From: Macrostomum lignano
Taxonomy: Eukaryota
Direction: 5' to 3'
DNA length: 64,000 bases
NCBI GenBank assembly: GCA_002269645.1
Contig: NIVC01001185.1
Coordinates: forward strand, 62,001-126,000
In this document: positions 58,407 through 64,000 of the stretch, one piece after another
How positions within the stretch are numbered: position 1 is the stretch's first letter
Layout: every line of letters starts with the position of its first letter
Translations under genes and position numbers: made by a program
The notes under the pieces: generated by a model
Told to the model about the DNA's origin: nothing
The model's input: only the letters and a program-made list of their open reading frames with translations
The model's database searches: none

Positions 58407-61289
58407 ATGTCCGGCTTAAAGCGACTATGGCAGGGCGTGATTGGCCTGGAGGTTCACGCGCAAATCTCGAGCGCATCGAAGCTGTTCTCAGCGTCTCCGA
58501 CAGCGTTTAATATGCCTGTTAATACGCAGGTCAGCCTGTTTGATGCCGCCATACCGGGCACTCTGCCGGTAAGTCAGCTGTCTGTCTGTATTAGCCTTTC
58601 TGTCTGTCTGTCTGTCTGTCTTAGTGTCTGTCTGTCTTAGTTTCTGTCTGTTTGTCCTAATGTCTGTTTGTCTTTCTGCCTGCCTGCCTGCCGGCCTATG
58701 CAATGTCCAACCTTGTCAATTCTCATTAACTCGCCCATCAGGTACTAAACCAGCGCTGCGTAGAGCTGACCCTGAAAACAGCCCTGGCACTGAACTGCCG
58801 TATTAACGACGTCTCAGCATTCGACCGGAAGCACTATTTCTACGCGGACATGCCTGTAAGCCTGCGTCAGTCTTTATTTGTTGTCGTGACTTGTCGTATA
58901 AAATACGAGCTTAGCTCCTTTCATTTTTCTCTTTTGTCTACTAGGCAGGCTACCAGATCACTCAGCACTTCCGGCCCCTAGCCAACCATGGCAGGCTGGA
59001 ATTCTACTGGCAGCCGGACGATAACGACCCGACCTCGATCGCCGAGTCCGTGGCTGACATTGTGCAGCTTCAGTTAGAGCAGGACAGCGGCCGAAGTCTG
59101 CACGATTCTGAGCGACAGCTCAGCCTGATCGATCTTAATAGGGCCGGTAAGATTAGGTATCCTGTGTTCAATACCCTGTTCCTCCAAACCAGACTCTCGG
59201 TCTCATGATCCTTTGAGAATGATATGTCCCGGTCTCATGATCCCCTTTGATAAGTCCCGGTCTCATGATCCCCTTTGATAAGTCCCGGTCTCATGATCCC
59301 TTTGATAAGTCCCGGTCTCATGATCCCCTTTGATAAGTCCCGGTCTCATGATCCCCTTTGATAAGTCTCGGTCTCATGATCCCCTTTGATAAGTCCCGGT
59401 CTCATGATCCCCTTTGATAAGTCCCGGTCTCATGATCCCCTTTGATAAGTCCCGGTCTCATGATCCCCTTTGATAAGTCTCGGTCTCATGATCCCCTTTG
59501 ATAAGTCCCGGTCTCATGATCCATTTGATAATGATAAGTCCCGGTCTCATGATCTCCGTGATAAGTCCCGGTCTCATGATCTCCGTGATAAGTCCTAATC
59601 ATCGAGCTAATACAGCTTCCCAATTGTCAATTCTCCCAATCCTCAGGCGTGGCCCTGATGGAGTTGATCACCGGGCCAACTCTCACCTGCGGCGCTGAAG
59701 CGGCTGGATTCGTTCGAGAGCTCGTCGACCTGCTCCGCTGCCTCGGCGCCTGCACTGGCAGTCTGGCCGAGGGCGCCTTGCGAGTCGACGCCAACGTCTC
59801 GTGCCGACCGGCGCCCCCTGCCGCTGGCGATTCGGGTCTGGGCGTTCGGACTGAGATTAAGAATATCAACAGTTTGGCTGCGCTGGCCCGGGCCATCGAT
59901 TTCGAGGTGGCCAGACAGGCTGCTGTGCTGGACGCTGGCGAGGAGGTGAGTGTTGCTGGGCCAGCCTCCCAGATCCTCAGTTGCTGGGCCAGCCTCCCAG
60001 ATCCTCAGTTGCTAGGCCAGCCTCCCAGATCCTCAGTTGCTGGGCCAGCCTCCCAGATCCTCAGTTGCTGGGCCAGCCTCCCAGATCCTCAGTTGCTGGG
60101 CCAGCCTCCCAGATCCTCAGTTGCTGGGCCAGCCTCCCAGATCCTCAGCTGCTGGGCCAGCCTCCCAGATCCTCAGTTGCTGGGCCAGCCTCCCAGATCC
60201 TCAGTTGCTGGGCCAGCCTCCCAGATCATCAGTTGCTGGGCCAGCCTCTCAGATCCTCAGCTGCTGGGCCAGCCTCCCAGATCCTCAGTTGCTGGGCCAG
60301 CCTCCCAGATCCTCAGTTGCTGGGCCAGCCTCCCAGATCATCAGTTGCTGGGCCAGCCTCTCAGATCCTCAGTTGCTAGGCTAGCCTCCCAGATCCTCAG
60401 TTGCTAGGCTAGCCTCCCAGATCCTCATCCCTCAAAACCCAACACCCGCTGACGGCCCTCTTCAATCCGGCAGGTGATCAACGAGACCCGAGCCTTAGCC
60501 GACGACGCCACAGGCCGCAGCGTGAGCATGCGCGACAAGGAGCGAGTCCAGGACTACCGGTTCATGCCGGAGCCGAACCTGCCGCCGCTCTTCCCATCCG
60601 ACCTGCTGCCGGCGGCCTCCGTCGACCTGCCGCCGCCCGACCAGCTGCCGCCGGGTCTGCGTCGAAGGCTTCGGCAGGAGTTGGGTTTCTCCTATCAGCA
60701 CCTGGCCTCCTCGGTGGTGGCCGCCAGACCCCTGGCTGATTGGCGCTATCTGGATGCCGCCGTGACAGCTGCTAAGTTGTCCAGGCCAGTAACCTCTCCC
60801 CACCTGGGCCGCTGGTTCGTTCACTGTTTCCTTGGCAACTGTTTCCGTTTACTAGGCGAATCCGCCGCCGCTGAGGATTCCGGTATCAGCGTTGAGTCGT
60901 TTGGCGCCTTTCTCAGCCTGGCAGTGGATTGCGCAATGATTAGCGAAGAGGTTGGCGAACGGTTATTAGAACGGATGTTCGCCCAGCCAAGTATGGATCC
61001 CCTGGCTGAGGTCCAGCGACTCAACTGGTTTCTAACTCGCAATCCGACTGAGGTAGCCAGCAGATTTTCTCAATTCTTTCATCGCCAAGATATTGCTAGC
61101 AAAAATCTCGACCAGCTGGTCAAGTATGGCAAATTCAAATTGCGTGGCAATTCTAAGAAAGCCTCGGTGATTGAAGAGCGGTTCCTGGCGCTGTTTATGG
61201 AGGCTGCAGAGTATACTGTTGATAGAACTGTGGCCGCGAAAGTTGTGGCCGATATACTTCAGAGCGGTGTGGCGCCTCCTCCATCGTGA
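58407..61289 (+). CDS. GATB: Glutamyl-tRNA(Gln) amidotransferase subunit B (mitochondrial type), 5 exons
   Basis: Exons 58407-58568, 58742-58855, 58945-59146, 59647-59945 and 60474-61289. Motifs: [75 protein letters not shown] and MRDKE...[12 protein letters not shown]. Confidence 0.95.
59205..59600. repeat. 28-bp minisatellite in GATB intron 3
   Basis: Unit CCCGGTCTCATGATCCCCTTTGATAAGT. Confidence 0.92.
59950..60428. repeat. 28-bp minisatellite in GATB intron 4
   Basis: Unit CAGTTGCTGGGCCAGCCTCCCAGATCCT, about 17 copies, starting right after the donor. Confidence 0.93.
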
Positions 61290-61479
61290 ATTCAGTAGAA
61301 AGATTTAAGGCTCCTGCATTTTAGTAGCTTAGTAATTAAATGTAAAACGTTAGTGAAATATATTAGTAGAATTACAATCGCAATTTATTATCCTGTTGAT
61401 TTTCAAGATTTACTTTTTCTACTTTGAAGTTCTTTTTTATTAAAGTACAAATGTGATTTTTCGTGTTATAGACTCGGTG

Positions 61480-62080
61480 AAACTCCTTGTCACTCTCAGC
61501 TGTCACTCAGTGCGACTCCCTGTCACTCTCTCAGCTGTCACTCAGTGAAACTCCCTGTCACTCTCTCAGCTGTCACTCAGTGGAACTCCCTGTCACTCTC
61601 TCAGCTGTCACTCAGCGTGACTCCCTGTCACTTTTTCAGCTGTCACTCAGTGCAACTCCCTGTCACTCTCTCAGCTGTCACTCAGCGTGACTCCCTGTCA
61701 CTTTTTCAGCTGTCACTCAGTGCGACTCCCTGTCACTCTCTCTGCTGTCACTCAGTGAGACTCCCTGTCACTTTTTCAGCTGTCACTCAGTGAAACTCTC
61801 TGTCACTCTCTCAGCTAGCACTCAGACTCCCTGTCACTCTCTCAGCTGTCACTCAGCGTGACTCCCTGTCACTCTCTCAGCTGTCACTCAGTGGAACTCT
61901 CTGTCACTCTCTCAGCTAGCACTCAGACTCCCTGTCACTCTCTCAGCTGTCACTCAGTGAAACTCCCTGTCACTCCCAGCTGTCACTCAGTGAGACTCCC
62001 TGTCACTCTCTCAGCTAGCACTCAGACTCCCTGTCACTCCCTCAGCTAGCACTCAGTGAAACTCCGTCACTCTCTCAGCT
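61480..62080. repeat. ~35-bp intergenic minisatellite
   Basis: Unit CTCCCTGTCACTCTCTCAGCTGTCACTCAGTG(A/C/G)(A/G)A. Confidence 0.9.
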
Positions 62081-62162
62081 TTGCTCTCATATTTTCTTCA
62101 AATTCAATGCTCGCTACTTTCAGTAGTAACAAATACATCAATCAATCTATATATACGAGCGT

Positions 62163-63863
62163 ATGTCTAGTCCAGACCCGACTTCAAACGACCTACACGT
62201 CAATAACAAAGACTATATTGATGGCAACAAAGAGGCCGAATATTTAGCCCTAATTAATCGCGGCGCTGTGCTACTCAGCCGCTATCCGTTGGTGCCGCAG
62301 TCGGCCAATCACGATTGCGGCATCGCCTGCTTGCGAATGGTGCTACGAGGCCTTGACGTGCCGCAGGCGGAAACCCTCCTAGCCGAGGCTATGGAAGCTA
62401 GCGATCTGGGAGAGAGCGTCTGGACTCCCGACTTGCTGCGTATACTGCTGCACTGCGGGCTTCGGGCTCAACTGTACAGCATCTGCCTGCTGCCTAACCC
62501 TGGCTATGCTCAACTGGTTGGTTTAAAGCGAACCTCATCGCAAATCTGTGACTGTTTATTTAATAAAAACGCTCTCCAAGTCCATCTCAAGGATAATCGC
62601 CCTTCAAATCCCCTCTCACAGGATAATCCCCTCTAACTCCCATCTCAAGAATAATCCCTTCAAAATCCTCTCTCATAGGATAATCACTCTTCTCAAAATT
62701 CTCTCTCACAGGATAATCCCCTCCAAGTCCCCTCTCACAGGATAATCCCCTACAAGTCCCCTCTCACAGGATAATCCCCTCCAAATCCACTGTCACAGGA
62801 AAATCACCTCTAAATCCCCTCTCAAGAATAATCCCTTCAAAATCCTCTCTCATAGGATAATCACTCTTCTCAAAATTCTCTCTCACAGGATAATCCCCTC
62901 CAAGTCCCCTCTCACAGGATAATCCCCTACAAGTCCCCTCTCACAGGATAATCCCCTCCAAATCCACTGTCACAGGAAAATCACCTCTAAATCCCCTCTC
63001 AAGAATAATCCCTTCCAAATCCTCTCTCATAGGATAATCAATCCCCTCAAAATCTCTCACGGAAAAATTGAAAAAAATCGCTGTTTAATTACACAGGTGT
63101 TGTAGCTACCTTAATATTTTAATTTAGTTATTTATTCGATAACTACATATCGGTAGCTATACACCCTCGTATAACTACAATACTCGCGCGTAGAACTTCT
63201 ATCGCGACAAGTTCTCATCAGATCAGCAGCGAGTTGCTCGCAATTTAGATTGGATCAGCCAGATTGATCCCCAAGCCGCTGTGCAGCAATCTCTACCCCT
63301 TAGCGCTGTGCTGGATCACCTGTCCGCCCGGCTGGGACCCGTCATCTGCCTTATTGACGCTAACAATACTGATGCTGCCAGACTGCGGGTGAGCATTTGA
63401 CTGATTCTGTGGTAGATTGTGCGTAGACAGAAAGACAGACAGACAGACAGATAGACAGACAGGTAGACAGACAGACAGACAGACAGGCAGGCAGACAGAA
63501 AGATAGACAGACAGACAGACAGACAGGCAGGCAGACAGAAAGATAGACAGACAGGCAGACATACAGGTAGACAGGTAGACAGACATACAAGCGGACAGGC
63601 AGACAGAAACTTCAAGCCTCATCGCCACCCCGCAGTCCTGCATGCACTGCAACTGCCTGTCGCTGTCTTCGCCCTGCTGCGGAGACGGCCCCTACCAGGG
63701 GCACTACATCCTGCTGTGCGGCTATCTTTCAGAGGAGCGCCGTCTTATCTATCGGGATCCGATGAGCCGAATAAGCGAATACAAATTGATGTCTTTCAAA
63801 GAATTCGACCGAGTTCGAACCGCGTATGGCACTGATGAAGATTTATTATTTGTGTTTGGGTAG
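62163..63863 (+). CDS. GUCD1: Guanylyl cyclase domain-containing protein 1 (C39-peptidase-like fold), 3 exons
   Basis: Exons 62163-62516, 63194-63388 and 63636-63863 (phase 0/0). Motifs: QSANHDCGIACLRMVL, SVWTPDL, NPGY..NFYR, YQGHYILLCGY and RTAYGTDEDLLFV. Confidence 0.87.
62590..63060. repeat. ~29-30-bp minisatellite with a 177-bp higher-order repeat in GUCD1 intron 1
   Basis: Monomer AGGATAATCCCCTCCAAGTCCCCTCTCAC. The marker CTCAAGAATAATCCC recurs at 62644, 62821 and 62998. Confidence 0.85.
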
Positions 63864-64000
63864 CCTCCGGGTCTCTGCTTTGTCCATATTAGCGCATGGC
63901 TGAATGTTAATTATATCGAAAACTTAATGACATTTTTAACATTTTTTCCTTTCATTTTTTTTGCTTTTAGAAAATCTTTTAATTACCTAGGAATTTGATT

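Overview
Eukaryotic (invertebrate animal) genomic DNA with spliced genes. The GC/CpG-rich exons and tandem-repeat-filled introns resemble a Macrostomum-like flatworm, but that assignment is inference only. I built seven protein-coding gene models by hand from GT-AG junctions, all on the + strand: an uncharacterised secreted protein (plus an inverted pseudogene copy), MOSPD2, a CCDC138-like gene, NAA40, HAAO (one apparent frameshift), GATB and GUCD1. Nearly every intron holds its own private minisatellite. The middle of the window (about 22-45 kb) is a transposon nest. It holds (1) a complete Chapaev-type element with a RAG1/Transib-like transposase (686 aa ORF with intact DDE and Zn motifs, CAC-type TIRs, 4-bp TSD), (2) an internally deleted Crypton/DUF3504 tyrosine-recombinase element delimited by TTAA sites and a terminal hairpin, (3) a Penelope-like remnant whose inverted pLTRs carry minimal hammerhead ribozyme motifs, and (4) several MITE families (two hAT, PIF-like, MULE-like, mariner) with readable TSDs. 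Differences between copies of one MITE are mostly CpG transitions while exons stay CpG-rich, suggesting transposon-directed cytosine methylation. No database searches were possible, so family calls rest on recognised motifs.
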